Positions 1-13,646 of a stretch of DNA of 64,000 nucleotides are shown here, one piece after another (the first letter of the stretch is position 1; each line of letters opens with the position of its first letter). Under the pieces are notes generated by a model. The model was not told the DNA's origin. It ran no database searches and saw nothing but the letters and a program-made list of their open reading frames with translations. Origin of the DNA: a virus (lineage: Duplodnaviria; Caudoviricetes); the IMG/VR virus record IMGVR_UViG_3300032135_000003, positions 1-64,000 of that record. One strand, 5' to 3'. A program made the position numbers and the translations under genes.

Positions 1-98
1 CCCACTTCCAACCTATATTGTGTCTTATAACATCCCTGTCTTTTGTTCCAAACATGGTTTTATAAGTTACTCTAATTATAGAATAGTCGTCACCAAGT

Positions 99-542
99 TT
101 AATTTTTTCTAATGTAAGTATTTTCATTTCCCCATCGTTTTTTATTTCCTAAACCTGATTTACCTAATTTACTACCACTTATCTTCATGACCTCAATCAT
201 CTTAGGCTTTTTTAGATTATCTTTTAATCTAATTTTTGTCTGTTCTGAAACCTTATCTTTAGTCCTACCTTTATCTCCGTGTTGAAACCTTGATCCCACA
301 CCTTTTTTAAGTAAGTTCTTTTTAATAACAGTTTCATAGTTCTCTAAAGTCTTTTCTCTCGTCAACTCAGAACTCTCAGCACTACAGATGCCTTTTCCTA
401 AGTCAAAGCCAAACTTCTGTTTATACTCTACAGCCGTTAGTTCATGCTTCATCCTTACATGCGCCATAACTCTTTTGAAAGATTTGCCGCATATCTCACA
501 AATGGGTTTTCCCTCTTCATCAAATTCTATTTTTCCTAACAT
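99..542 (-). CDS. Ros/MucR-like zinc-finger DNA-binding protein
   Basis: ICEICGKSFKRVMAHVRMKHELTAVEYKQKFG matches the MucR C-x2-C...H-x4-H...EYK-x2-FG pattern; basic C-terminus. Confidence 0.7.
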   Translation of the reverse strand: MLGKIEFDEEGKPICEICGKSFKRVMAHVRMKHELTAVEYKQKFGFDLGKGICSAESSELTREKTLENYETVIKKNLLKKGVGSRFQHGDKGRTKDKVSEQTKIRLKDNLKKPKMIEVMKISGSKLGKSGLGNKKRWGNENTYIRKN

Positions 543-2057
543 GTTAACTAGCCATTTGTCTTAAAATAATACTTTTGTTGGTAACGGTTTCTGATGCCAA
601 CTTATGTTTAAGTTCTCCAAGAGTATTATAGATCCTAAACCCTATAAAATCCCCTGTCTTTCTACATTTTCTAATTACCTTAAGTTTATCTCTTAATGCC
701 TCAGTGATACTATCATATACCTCAGCATAGTCTGGAGTATCCCTTAAGAAATCCCCCTTCTCCTCATAACAATTCACAATAACTTTCATTTTCTTTCTTC
801 ATTTATTACATGCAAATATACTTATTTTATTTTTAATACCCGCAATTTTAACTTTTTATTAAATGTTTAATTCTACTATACATATTCTCTTCATTGCTGC
901 AATACATAGTAAACTCCTTACCTTCCCCTTCTTTTATGAACAAAAAATACAATACGTCTGTTGGGTCTATCTTAACTTTAAAATCTCCTACATCATAATC
1001 ATAATCTTTGTGATCTGACTTTACCGCCCCTCTATTTATTAATATCTTTGTCATAGTCTTAATAAATATATTCTTATCCTTTGCTGATAACATAATTTTT
1101 AATTAATCCAAATGAATTTCTCTGAAACATTCTGTTTTGTAACTACCCTGGTATCTCCCACATCATACAACTGGTTAAAATAATTGTTAAACTCAGTTTC
1201 ATAATCCCCATCATACCCATAATCATCCCACTCATCTTCTGGGATTGTTCCATCTACAAGGTTTCTTAAGTGCTCAAAGTTATCCCTTTCAACCTCCAGT
1301 TCCTGCCACACCCTGTCTATATCTTCTTCTAACAGGTCTTTTTCAATATTAGCTAAGACTACATCTAATTGTAAAACGAGCCTATTACAAAGCTCTATTA
1401 TAAGCTCAGGACTACTCTCATCTTCAAACCTGTCCTTAATCTGTATCTGGTACTTCCAGTTATTACTTCTAGTTGTTCTCAAAATTGTATTGTTTTAAAG
1501 GTTATTATTTCTTATTGCTATTTCAAAGTCCACATTTTTCATTAACAACTGATATTAATTCATCAATTGAACTTACCTCATTATTGCAAATCTCATAACG
1601 GTTGCTATTATAAACACCTTCTCTATTGATGTTCAATAAATTCCCGTTTTTAAGAGTTACATTAAAATTTACTTTTCCTTTTTTAGAATCCCTAACCTCT
1701 CCAGTACCTTCTACAGATTGGGCAAAATAAGATTGAGATCCATTAAATACTTTTTCAAATTCTTTTTTGTTGGTTTCTTGAGTTTTCATAACTATAGCTC
1801 TTTATTTAAAAATTCTTCTATTGTTTCAAAAAATTCTAAATCTTCTCCCCAAAGTGTGTCTTTATACTGGTTTTCAAATTTAGTAGTTAACTCTTGTGCA
1901 AGCTCGTACATACCCCCTGTTCCTTGCTCCTCATATCTTCTTTTAGGTAAGCCTGTTAAACCTTCTTTAGAAAGTGCAGCACCTATAGCACAAGAAACCT
2001 CAAAATGTGTTTCTAAAAAACATTCTACTCCGTTAGGAAATCTATCTTGTTTCATCT

Positions 2058-2084
2058 GTTAAGAATTTATTAATATTCTGTTAA
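2058..2084 (-). promoter_or_regulatory. Triple 11-bp-period GTTAA/ATTAA/GTTAA repeat abutting the start of ORF 1792..2055
   Basis: GTTAA 2058, ATTAA 2069, GTTAA 2080. Confidence 0.5.
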
Positions 2085-2494
2085 ATTATTTTTTAAAAGG
2101 GAAAATCAATTCCCCTGTTCTAAAGTCCTTTTACAATTGATCTGATAAAACTTACTCTATCCTTCTTTGGCATTTTATTTACCACCTCTTCTGCAAGTTC
2201 ATTTAGATAATTTGTATCTGAAATTTTAATTCTGCTACCATTACTACTCGATACAAATTTTTCAGTCTGGTTTCTGCTCTTTACATTTAGTTTGGCATAG
2301 TACCTCGCTGATAGTTTCTCTTTAGTTACATTTTGGTCAGTCTCTGCACTAATTCTCTCTGCCGCTTTTCTAAACGCTTCTGAAAGATTGTCTTTGCTTC
2401 TGCTAACCTCCTCTTTAATTATGTTATCTATATTGTCGTCATAGATAACGTACCCTTGTTTTGCTCTCATTATATAGTATTTAAATTGTTTACA

Positions 2495-2540
2495 CAAATA
2501 TAATACATATATAAACACCTAAGTCTTAAATACTTGTTAA
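2495..2540 (-). promoter_or_regulatory. Class I promoter (-7 element plus direct-repeat box, one variant unit)
   Basis: CAAATATA 2495; CTTAA 2525, GTTAA 2536. Confidence 0.6.
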
Positions 2541-2714
2541 AGTTTTGATAGGTAGAAATCCTCTTCTTTTCCATTCAAAGACTCTCCGTCCACCCACGTT
2601 AGCCCTATCCTATGGTTGTTTGATAGGCAAAATATATCATAGTCATTGTTATTCTTAACTACTGTATAGCCTTCACTACTCCAATGTACTAACTTCCCTT
2701 CGTCAACTGCTTTC

Positions 2715-3155
2715 TTAATTTCCTGTACTTTCATTGTGCCATTTTATAAATTCAATTCCTGCCTTGTAAGTAGCCTCTAATTTACTATTTCCATCTTTAT
2801 CAATAGATTCAAAACCTACATCTTCCATTGATTCTATCTCACAGTATTTGTATCCTATAATAGTGTAAAATGAGGTTTCTTCATACGTTGTTTCTTCAAT
2901 CTTCTCAATAACTGGCATGAGCCAATCCCATGAGGAATTATACTTTAGTTTCTCCTGATCTAATACATAGCACTTCTGATTATGTCCATGTGAAACTCCA
3001 TTATGACACCATTCGCAAAGCCCGTCTTTTTTATATTCTGAAACCCTAAAATATTTTAAATTAGGCTCTTTAAATATAGATACAGACTGTGTGTTTAGAT
3101 TTGTTAACCCCATAAATTCAGCTATTAATCTGTTATCTTCTACTATATTTTTCAT
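2715..3155 (-). CDS. Phage hypothetical protein, 'NRLIAEFMG...WDWLMPV' family; paralog of 10623..11012
   Basis: Shared motifs and 37 identical nt with the second copy. Confidence 0.75.
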   Translation of the reverse strand: MKNIVEDNRLIAEFMGLTNLNTQSVSIFKEPNLKYFRVSEYKKDGLCEWCHNGVSHGHNQKCYVLDQEKLKYNSSWDWLMPVIEKIEETTYEETSFYTIIGYKYCEIESMEDVGFESIDKDGNSKLEATYKAGIEFIKWHNESTGN

Positions 3156-5907
3156 TATTTCTTAGTATAAGTTGTCCTTTCACCTTCAAAATTCTCATAA
3201 CCTAAAGCCATTGCAATACATAGAAACCTACTTCTGCCGTTATATTGCTGCATTATATCAATAGCTTCATACAAAATATTAATTTTTTGGTCTTTTGTAA
3301 GCTTGCCAAATTCTTGACTAACATGCTCGCTTGTATAGTACTTTACCTTTGTTTCCATTGCTATATGTATTTTTTATCCAAATTTTTTGCAACTTCTAAA
3401 GCTTCCTCCCAGTATATTTTTTCTACTTCAATAGTAGTTACAACTTTTAAAATCTCTTCAATACATATCACTGCACTATCCTTAGCCCTAACCATGTGTA
3501 TTTTGTGGTCATAAGGTTGTTGTATGTCTGTTTCTGAATTGAATCTATAAAATATCTTTTTTGCTGATTCTTCTGGTGTCATTTTCATAATTTTAATTAT
3601 TAAAAGTGGAATAACCTTTATCCCACATTTCACCCTGTCTATAACTCCAAAACTCTATAGCTGAATGAGAGTATCCTTCTTCTGTAATAATTTTATTACC
3701 CCTCATACTCATCCACCCATTATCTGAGAACGCATCATGAGTTATTTTAACTCCTTTTTTCATTGCTGTAATAGCCTCTTGTCTTTCCATTTTCATAATT
3801 TTATTATTTCGTCTAAATGTTTCTGTATAAAATCTCTTTTTAACCCTGTTTGGTAAGATAAGCTGTCTATTGATCCTTTTATTAAAAGACTGTCTTCTTT
3901 ATCAACTCCTTTTTTAAGTGCATCTTGTAAGCCGTAACAACGGTTAAACGCATCTATTACTAAATTAGTGTAAAACTCCCCCATTATAAAATTAGTTTAG
4001 GATTGTTATACATACTCCTCATATTAATTTTGTCATGAATGTTTAATATCTGCCCTGAAAAGAATTTTTGCATAACTTTTGAAGTCCGATAATAATCGTA
4101 TTGCGTTTTATAATTGTGAAAAATCTTCATAATTTTAGTTTAAAAAAAGGTTAATATTGCGGGTGTAGCTATACAAACTACTTGATAAGCTCCCCATAAA
4201 TAAACATGGCTGTCTTGTAGTCCTTCAAATAACACTACTTTTGGTTCTGTGATTAAAATTAATAATAGTAAAAATCCTATAATTGGGGTGTAAATTACAT
4301 ACTTTAACATTGCGGGGGTTTTTAAATTTAAAATTTGTGTTATTCAGCTTCCTATAAGCTAATATCATAATAATTTTCTGGACTTTCTAAAATGTTATTT
4401 GCAATATCATCTAAATCTACATGATCAGCAACTGTATCAAAGCTTTCTAAGTTTGCATAACCGTTAAACTTAACATACTTATCATTAAAATTATATTCTC
4501 CGTATGAAGCTGCCCTAACTGCGCCTATCACATCGTTTTCAAAGTACATTTCAAAGAAATCCTCATCATTGTCATGAATAAGGTTATCTCCATCATTAAT
4601 AGACTGACAAAAATCATTGTGTACACCCATTAACTCACTGTCTGAAAGTCCTTCCAAATACTCTAATACTGCTTCAAAATTGTTCTTAATTTCTGTTTTC
4701 ATAACTTTAATTTACTATAAAAATCTTGGGTTAATATTGTTGTTACTGCATAATTTAAAATGTCAACATCCTTACTATTTTCTTTTAGTATTGTGCCAGT
4801 GAGTAATGTTTTACCTTCAAAAACTTTAACTGTTATATTGTAATTTGAATTAGTTTCAATTTTTCTAGCTGTTACCTTATAACCATCTATTTTAAATGTT
4901 TTCATTCATTTAGGTTTTCAAATTTAAAACTGTCAAGGTCTTTCCTTAACTCTTTAGTACTGTCATAGCCTAAAAAGGTTGTTAAGTGACTTGTATTAGT
5001 ATCGCTATAATTTAAGGCTTTTGTATCTAAGATAATCTGTTTACCCTCCTTAGATTCAACTATCTTTGCTACTATTGTATTGTAACTTTGAAAGACTGTC
5101 TCTCCTTGTGAACTGTGAACAAATTGATTTGCTATTGCTTTGCCGTTCTTTCCTATTAGTTGTGTTGTCATATCTTAAAATTAAAGTCTATATTTTGATT
5201 AATATAATTTAGTATTTCTTTATCTCCTTTTTCAAATATTTCTTGAGGTACGGCATAATCATAACTTTCGTCAAACTCATATATTTCACCTTCTGCAATA
5301 TCATTATTAAAATAAGAGGTAATTAAATCGTTCACCATATCTGTTGTTACTCCTATATGATTTTCAACTTCATCTATTGTTATAACCGTTATAGTTTTTA
5401 ACGGTAGTCCTTTATATAATTCCATATCTATTTATTTTTAATAAACCAATCGTTTGCAATCATACTCCATGTTATACCGTTCATTCCTTTTGTTTCATAT
5501 CTTACATAAGGTGCAAAACTGGCTAACATAAGTCTTACCTGTTCTGCTGAATAAGTTTTTTCACTTTCTATAAACTCATTTAAATCATCTATTACTCCGT
5601 TAAGCCCAGCTTCTGTTTCTTCGGGTATTTCTGCCCACTCTTTAACAGTAGCTAATCTGTTAGTAATATCAACTAAAATATCTGTTTCTTCTATTGTCAT
5701 TTTATTTCCTGTTTTTTAATGCTTCGTTATAATGCTTTATAGTACTGTCCTGTTCTTCTCTTAAATCCTCAATAGACTTTGATAAGTAGTGTTCTACTGA
5801 AATTTCAGTTACTCCTATCATTCTCCGCATAGCCTGAATGTTTGTTATTACAGTCATAGCTTCAATTTTTTCATCTATTGTCATAATATTTTTGTTTTTC
5901 TTCCTTA

Positions 5908-5952
5908 CAAAGATAACTAAACTTATCTAAGTTTCTGTTAATAAAAAGTTAA
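5908..5952 (-). promoter_or_regulatory. Class I promoter: TTAAC-N6-TTAAC-N21-TATCTTTG
   Basis: CAAAGATA 5908; GTTAA 5937, 5948. Confidence 0.75.
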
Positions 5953-6301
5953 ATTAATATTTCAATATCTAATTCTTCTGTAACTACCATAAGAGAGGAT
6001 AAGGCATTGTTTATTGCGTGGTTTACCTCATGTATATTATCACCATTTAAATCCATAGCCCTTTCTAACTAGTCATAAATACCTTGTAAAGCTTCTTGTA
6101 CCTTTTCTTCTCGAAATATTACTGTTTTCATATTACTTGAATTTAATTATTTTTAAAGGTCTGTATTCTATACCAAAACCATTATTGATAAATATCTCTT
6201 CTATTTGATACCTATTGTTTAAATACTTTACAAACTTGTCTTTTGCTTCTTCGGTCTTAAACTCTTTTGTCTTCCACATAATTTTTAGTTTTTGTTCTAT
6301 A

Positions 6302-6347
6302 CAAAGATAATCAATTTAAGTATAACATTATGTTAATACGGTGTTAA
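6302..6347 (-). promoter_or_regulatory. Class I promoter
   Basis: CAAAGATA 6302; GTTAA 6332, 6343. Confidence 0.75.
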
Positions 6348-6661
6348 AGTCTAAAATATCTATAGGTTTAATATTCCTTAAATTCATGTAGCTTTTTAAC
6401 CTTGTTTTTCTTCCTGCACAAATAATTTCTTTTGTATTAAGATAAATTAGAAAATAATTGTTAGGTTCTGTATCTTTTACAACGTGGTACTTTTTTGTTA
6501 AACTTTCTTCAGATCGTTTATACTCTTTAACCAACTCAACTAATTTTAACGCTTTACTTTCGATTTTTTCTATCATAATTTTAAATAAAATAAGGGTTAA
6601 AGTCTTATTATTTGCCCCCACACATTTGAAATTCTTTAACCCTTTAGCTAAATTAACTAAT

Positions 6662-6712
6662 CAAATATAAGGCTAATTGTCTTTCTAAACAACTAATTAA
6701 CAATTAATTAAC
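6662..6712 (-). promoter_or_regulatory. Class II promoter (inverted box, -33 TTG retained)
   Basis: CAAATATA 6662; CAA 6690; TTAAC 6697, 6708. Confidence 0.7.
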
Positions 6713-7136
6713 TCTATAAATAAAATATTCTCCTTCTTGGCTTTCTTCGCCATCATAACTGTTTATAAAATGCCCTCTACTATCTGCGGTAATAGCTTCC
6801 TCAATAAAACCATCTATTCCACATGTACTATTAACAATACTTTCTATTGCCTCATTGTTACTCTCACATCTTCCATTATCTTGTATAGCTTTAAATACCT
6901 CTTCATCTATCCCTGTCTCGCTTGATAGAAAACTAGGATTAAAAGCCCACAAAGTTTCTTTTATATCTTCTTCTGCCCTTGCATCTGCTTCTTTATCAGT
7001 TAAAACCATGTATTCTCCATTTTCTTCAGTTTCAAAAGTAAATTCATCATAACCTTCTGTAATAGTGGATTTTTTAACCCCTAAGAAATTCGCTAAAGCT
7101 GTAATTCGTTTCATCTTATTTGTTTTTTAGTATATG

Positions 7137-7182
7137 TAAAGATAATAAATATTAGTGTTACTTTTTGTTAAAGGGCTGTTAA
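7137..7182 (-). promoter_or_regulatory. Class I promoter (TATCTTTA variant)
   Basis: TAAAGATA 7137; GTTAA 7167, 7178. Confidence 0.7.
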
Positions 7183-7974
7183 AAATAAAATTATCTATTT
7201 CTAACTATTTAAGATTTTTACTAATTGGTTTGCTCTTTCCCTTGCTTCTCTTTCTTTTGCTTTCCTTGTATCGTGTTTAAGAGGTTTTAAAATAAATTCT
7301 ACCCCTGATACTGTTACTGTTCCATACCCTGCTAATAATGCTGTCTCAATTTCTTGCATAATAATTAGTTTTAAAGTTTAGCAATATAGTAATTTTATTA
7401 ATACCTTTCACCATCTTGTAAAAATTCATATTCATTCGCTTCAATAGTTTCAATTATTGCTTCATCACTTTGTAAATACTCAGCCTCATCTTTTAGTATT
7501 GATAAGCATTCTTCCCCTAAATCTTTTAAAAATTCATCTGAAAGACTTCCCATTTTATCATCATGAAACTTTAAATTTTCTGCATACCTTTCTTGTTCAT
7601 ATCCAAGTTCTGTTTCTTCAAGCAATTCTGTATATACTTCTATTGTATTTTGTAAAAAATTATTAGTTTTTATAAATTCTTTTGCCAGTTTATAAGTTTC
7701 TGTATCGTCCCCATGTTCTCTTAATATACTTTCGGCTGTGTCTTTAGCTAACCCATAAAACTCTATATTAATTCTGTTTCCTCTACCTGTATCAAATCCA
7801 GTTATTTTTAAATCTACATTTCTAGCATCTTCATAAATAAAATCCCACCAATCACTATCTAAATTAGTACCTCTAAATTCCTCAATAGCTTTTTCTTTAG
7901 CTTCATCTGATAACTCTTCAAACTTGTAAATCTTAACCTGCTCTGTTCTCATAATATTGGTTTTATTTCCTATA

Positions 7975-8019
7975 CAAATATACAATTTTTATACTATAAA
8001 TATGTTAAGGCTATGTTAA
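7975..8019 (-). promoter_or_regulatory. Class I promoter; implies ORF 7398 starts at 7952 (MRTEQ)
   Basis: CAAATATA 7975; GTTAA 8004, 8015. Confidence 0.7.
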
Positions 8020-9261
8020 ACTTATTAATTTCTTCTTGCTTTCTATCAAAGTTTTCATTTGCTATTCTGCTATGTCCTCTGTCAAAGGAACAAACAGGGT
8101 TTATACTTTGCTCTATAATCTCATTTAAAGACCGTCTATTGTCTTCATTATAACCTATTATTTTAACTGTTTTATAAGGCTTCATAATGTGCTTAAAAAG
8201 ATTAATACTATTAATGTTAAGAATAGATAAGGTAAATAAGCAAAGAAACTGTTTTTGTCATTCATTGTGTTTGTTGTTTTTAAGTAAATTTATATTTAAT
8301 GCGGCAAATAAAGTAAATATTGATAAGCCTAAAAATATTATAGCTGTATATGGATTCTCATATATATTTAAAAACCTTAACGCTAAGATTAAAAATATTA
8401 AAGCTACTATTAATAAAAATGCTTTCATAACTTACAAATTAATTCGCTATCGTCTATAAAATAGCGGTTTTTCTTTTGCCTATCACTTGTAAATAATAGC
8501 ACGTTATCTTCTATTTTATTTATAGAGAATATTTCCCGCTTTTTATAATCCCTATTTACATTTGAATAAATCTGAACAAATTTATCCCCTACTTTGAAGT
8601 TTTGCACCTCTGAAGCTTCACAAACACTTTTTAACTGATCTTGAGTTAGTATCATAATTATTCTTTTATTTCATAATCAATATAACTGGTTTCCTCTTGG
8701 ATATCACAATATAAACTGTATTCATTATAAGCTTCATTTTTTAGATAGAATTCTAATATACCTGCAAAAGCTCTGATAAATTTCTCATCGTCTTCTTTTA
8801 AGTACTCATTAAACCAAATTTCAGGCTCTGTACTAAAGAAACTTATAAAACCTGACCTACTACTATACTTTTCAATTAGGAACGCTGTAAACTCTTGTAA
8901 TTCTCTTTTACAATATTCTATTAAAGTTTTAAAAGTTTCATCCGATAAATTATAAGTACAGTTTATATAGTCATTTGTAAAATTATATTCTCTTGGACTA
9001 ATAACCTCCTCAAAAGTAATTGTAATATCTAAATAATCATGCTTTAAATAGTTTTCAATCTCATCACAACATCTTTTTGCTACTCTGTCATGATATTCTT
9101 TATAATCAAAATCTATATTTTCATAGGATATTTCGACTTCGCTCTCTTCGTTTAAATCTTCCAAAATTCTCTCTTCATCTTCAAACTCAAATTGGCTGCC
9201 GTAAAAACCTGGGAAAATTGGTAAATAACTTTTAATTTCCATAATTGTATATTTTATATTA

Positions 9262-9307
9262 CAAAGATAAGTATATTATTTAAATAAATATGTTAATGAA
9301 AGGTTAA
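9262..9307 (-). promoter_or_regulatory. Class I promoter
   Basis: CAAAGATA 9262; GTTAA 9292, 9303. Confidence 0.75.
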
Positions 9308-10207
9308 TTTAATAAATCTAAATAACTAAGTTGTTTTTCTTTATTCTTTTTTAGTTTGGTTTGGTAGTATTCGCAATCATCTACTAAAATTCTAGTTTTA
9401 ACCTCTTCTATGCCGTCAATATTCCACAACATATCATTATACCTTTTTAGAATTATTGCGTTTTCTTTATATAGCCAACCTCCATTATCCTCTTTTATCT
9501 CATCTAAGACGGCTTTAATAAGTTCTAAAGCTTTTATAAATCTCTCTTCTTCAGTCATAATTTAAATGTTTTCATAAAGTGTAAAAAACGCATTAGCTGT
9601 ATTTTGCCAGTACTCATCTAAGAATTTATCTTCCTTTGCTTCTGTGTTTATGTCAAAACCTGCTTTTATCCCTTGTTCCAATATATCAAAGTTCATATAA
9701 GGGATAGGTAAAACAGTTGGTAAACCTTGAAGCCAATCTTTAAATAACACTTTTTGATCTGAATTTCTATTATTATGGTGCAAATATTCAGCTGTAAAGA
9801 TAGTATAAATTTCGGCTATTTTATCAAAATCACTCATTTTATCTGTGTTAATATCATAATCTCCCAAAGTTATGCTATTTAAGACAATACCCTCATAAAA
9901 GGTTTTGTATTTATTATATTTTGGTGCAACTCTTTTTAACCCTGTTAAGTGTTTAGACAACGTTTCAGCATCTAAAAGTGGGTATTTAACCCCTCTTACT
10001 AAATCAGTTATTTCCATCTCTAAAGGTTCTATAATTTCAATTTTACCCAAATCTGCATCTGTTTGAGTATCGTAAAAGCTTATAACTTCTCTTCCATCTT
10101 CAAATATTGTAATAGCTTGCACCCATCTAAGATTGTAACCTGATTCAGCTAATTTCAATAAAAATTCTCTTACTTGATTTTTCATAATATTGGTTTTATT
10201 TCTTAGT

Positions 10208-10258
10208 CAAAGATAAGGCTTTTATACAATGCTTACAACTAATTAACATTAGTTTAAC
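10208..10258 (-). promoter_or_regulatory. Class II promoter
   Basis: CAAAGATA 10208; CAA 10236; TTAAC 10243, 10254. Confidence 0.7.
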
Positions 10259-10379
10259 ATTTTTCTATTTAGATAACTGTATTAAATCAAAATAGATATA
10301 TAGATTTGTTAAGAAATACGCTGCAATAATAATGACTATAATAAATTGTGCTTTTTTCATAATACTAATTTTATATATG

Positions 10380-10430
10380 TAAAGGTATGCAATTAAGACC
10401 GTATAAACAATTTTTTAACATTAGTTTAAC
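10380..10430 (-). promoter_or_regulatory. Class II promoter
   Basis: TAAAGGTA 10380; CAA 10408; TTAAC 10415, 10426. Confidence 0.65.
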
Positions 10431-10622
10431 TTTCAAATATTTTGTCAATATATTTACTAATCCAGTTATAAAATGTAAATATATAAACAAATATACTAAA
10501 TACATAAAACGCAGTAAAAAATATGCCTAAACTCTCTTCAGGTACTACCATGATGAGGTAAAAGAAAGGAAGAGTCATGGCATAAGTAACAATTATTTTA
10601 ATAGTATATAGAATAATGTTTT

Positions 10623-11012
10623 TCATAATTTATTTTGATTATACCATTTTATAAAATCTACTGTTGCTCTATAAATAGCCTTAAGCGTATTTGTGTCTGT
10701 ATAGTAAGCTGTAGGGTCATCTTCATTTTCATAAAATCTAACCCTTAAAGTAGCCCCTCCATTAAAAGATGTTTCTATTGTATATAATTTTTGATTATCT
10801 TCATTCCTAAATGAATTTATTTTTTCCACCACAGGCATAAGCCAATCCCATGAATAATTATATTTTGCATAATTAATAATGCCCCTCATAACTTTTTCAG
10901 GGTTATCTTCTCTTATTGAAATCCATGGAAAATCTGAATAAGTGTAAACGTCTGGCGATTCCATTTTAGGCTTTAACCCCATAAATTCAGCTATTAATCT
11001 GTTATCTTCCAT
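10623..11012 (-). CDS. Phage hypothetical protein; paralog of 2715..3155
   Basis: MEDNRLIAEFMGL...YNYSWDWLMPVVEKI. Confidence 0.75.
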   Translation of the reverse strand: MEDNRLIAEFMGLKPKMESPDVYTYSDFPWISIREDNPEKVMRGIINYAKYNYSWDWLMPVVEKINSFRNEDNQKLYTIETSFNGGATLRVRFYENEDDPTAYYTDTNTLKAIYRATVDFIKWYNQNKL

Positions 11013-11275
11013 AATTTATATTTTTTAATAAATGCTTTGTAAATTGGAATTATTAAATCTTTTACGTTTAGAAAAACCCACCATAATAAAATATAAAATA
11101 CCAATGCTATTTTCATTTTATTAGTTTATGTAGTATTTAGTAGTAACTATAAAATCGGAAGGTAGTAAATTATCTTCACAATATTGAAAAGCATCATTAT
11201 AATCTATAAATAGATTTTTAAAAACATAGTAATGATTAAATTCTGATTTTTTCATAGCTCTTTATATTTATACGG

Positions 11276-11321
11276 TAAATATACGGTTTATATTCCTTAC
11301 TTTGTGTTAATAGTCTGTTAA
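11276..11321 (-). promoter_or_regulatory. Class I promoter
   Basis: TAAATATA 11276; GTTAA 11306, 11317. Confidence 0.65.
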
Positions 11322-11575
11322 TTCTTTTTCTAATCCTTTTAAAAAATATATCCCTATCATACTGGGTTTATATGTCCTTTCATCACTTGGAAAGCCTTTA
11401 AATTTAACATCAACTAGTGGTGTCCAATTACTTGACCAAACGTGATTATCATACATTTTACTTAATTTGTTATATATCTTAATACAATCTTCAGCATCTT
11501 TTTTATAGTCTGTTTTTAGCTGCTTCTTTAATCTTATTATTAGTTTACCCATTTGTTTAAATTTTGTTTCTTTTA

Positions 11576-11621
11576 CAAATATACAACTTATTTATAGTTA
11601 ATTCTGTTAATGAAAAGTTAA
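11576..11621 (-). promoter_or_regulatory. Class I promoter
   Basis: CAAATATA 11576; GTTAA 11606, 11617. Confidence 0.75.
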
Positions 11622-12253
11622 ATTATTTATGTTCCGTTATTTCGCGCCAAATAAACTATTAAGATTCTTTCCAAACATTAGTACAACGGTTTGACTTATA
11701 TACATTAATACCTGCTATATGATATTCTCTAACCATTTCCCTAACATATATATTAAACTCTCTTAAAGTCTGTTTAGGCTCTCTCTCAAACTGATCTATT
11801 GTTTCAACTCCAGTATTATATCGGGTATTTAAATAAACTATCTGCATAATTTAGTCTTTATAAGTTACTGTTAATGGTTCTGAAAAATAAGTATTGCCTT
11901 GAGTTTGTACATCATAGTAAAATACATTTTTATTACTAACTGTTAACATAGGGTAATGTTCGCCAAATAAGATATTATTTATTTGCCTAATATCTTTCCT
12001 TTGAATTTTCTTTAATTGCTGCGGTGTTAATACTTTTGTTTTCATTGCTATATATTTTAGTTGCTTTGTTTTTCACGTTCATAAAATATTCTTATAAACA
12101 TCCCTTCACTGTCTTCCCATTTAATAGGGTCTAGTATTCTTATTATTTTCCAGCCTTTAGAAGCCATCATGTTAATTTCTCTTATCATATTTCCGTCGAA
12201 CATTTCGTGGTCTAGCATTCTGTATTCTAAATTTTTCATCTTATTTCTTTTTG

Positions 12254-12299
12254 TAAAGATAATACTTTTAATTCAATAAAATTGTTAAGACTATGTTAA
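12254..12299 (-). promoter_or_regulatory. Class I promoter
   Basis: TAAAGATA 12254; GTTAA 12284, 12295. Confidence 0.7.
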
Positions 12300-13600
12300 A
12301 GATTATTTTTGTTTGGTTTCTTGCCGCATAAAAGTATTAGACAATACAACCGTTAAAATATATGTTACTTATTAGAATACAAACTACTTACTTTAAATAA
12401 ACCATTAACAAACTTACCTACAGTAATAATACTATCTTCAATTTTAAATACTCTATAAGCTTCTTTAATTTCTTTAAGAGTACCAATACCATTATTAACC
12501 AATCTAGGCTCTACATAATAGTTAGTTTGCTTTAATCTCTTAACAGTATATATATTAAAGGGACTATCTTTAAGGTCTTTATATGTTGCTATACGTTGCG
12601 TAATGTAAGATATAAATAAATTCATTGGGTTTATTTTTAGGTTTGTCTTAACTATATATTGTTAAAGTTGAAAACTATTTTTAGACAAGCCTAAATTAAA
12701 GCTAAAATAGGGGTTTTTGGGTGTCCAATCCCTTGTTAACCCTTGCTACCACTGACTTTGTCTAAAATTCTGCATCAGAAATAACCTCAACAATTTTCGC
12801 CTTAATTTGCTCACTTGTATAGAGTTTTTCGCCTTGTAAGTAGCTATTTATTACGCTCTCAAGCCCCAATACAACCGCTTTATACTTGTTTGGGTATCTG
12901 TCTTGTCTTATACTATCCCTATTTCCTGCTAATAACCTGCTTAAGTTGCTATAATTGATAATATCTTTACTGTCTATTTCCATAATTGTGTAAATTCCCC
13001 ATGGGATTAATACCGCTTTTTATACAAAAATATGGAAATATAGCCAATTAACCTAATTATTTAGTCAAAAGTTTCATTATAATCATTTTTTAACCTTCCC
13101 AAACTTCGCCCTGTTCTACTTCTCTATTGTATTTACTTAGTTCTATTAATGAACCGTCATACTTATTATAATATCCTATTCCTTTATACATAACTTTATT
13201 TATTTAGCACTAATTTAACCGCTTTTTTACCTGCTGTCTCAATATGATTGTCTTTGCAGCCATCAGGATATAATTTAAAATCAAAATCCGATTGTATTAA
13301 TTTATTCCAGTTTGTTAAGTCATATATTTTATGCGATTTTTATTACTTACAGTTGGTTACTAACTAAAACAGAAAAATATCCCTTTGTCCGTTTCTACTC
13401 TTTCGTCTGCTAACTCTTCAATGCCATCATCATTTACATAATACCATTCCTCATTAGTATAATGTAGTATTTGCCAGTACTCCCAACTCTTAAAAGTGTT
13501 TTGGTCATTAGTGTTTTCTAACTCTTCATCATTAAATATACCTGAAGACTGTAGGTCTAAAATTCGCTCTTGTATTGTCATATAGTTTTGTTTTATAGGG

Positions 13601-13646
13601 CAAAGATATGTTATTTAACCTTTGCCCTGTGTTAATATTCTGTTAA
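13601..13646 (-). promoter_or_regulatory. Class I promoter with overlapping inverted repeat
   Basis: CAAAGATA 13601; GTTAA 13631, 13642; AGGGCAAAG/CTTTGCCCT. Confidence 0.75.
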
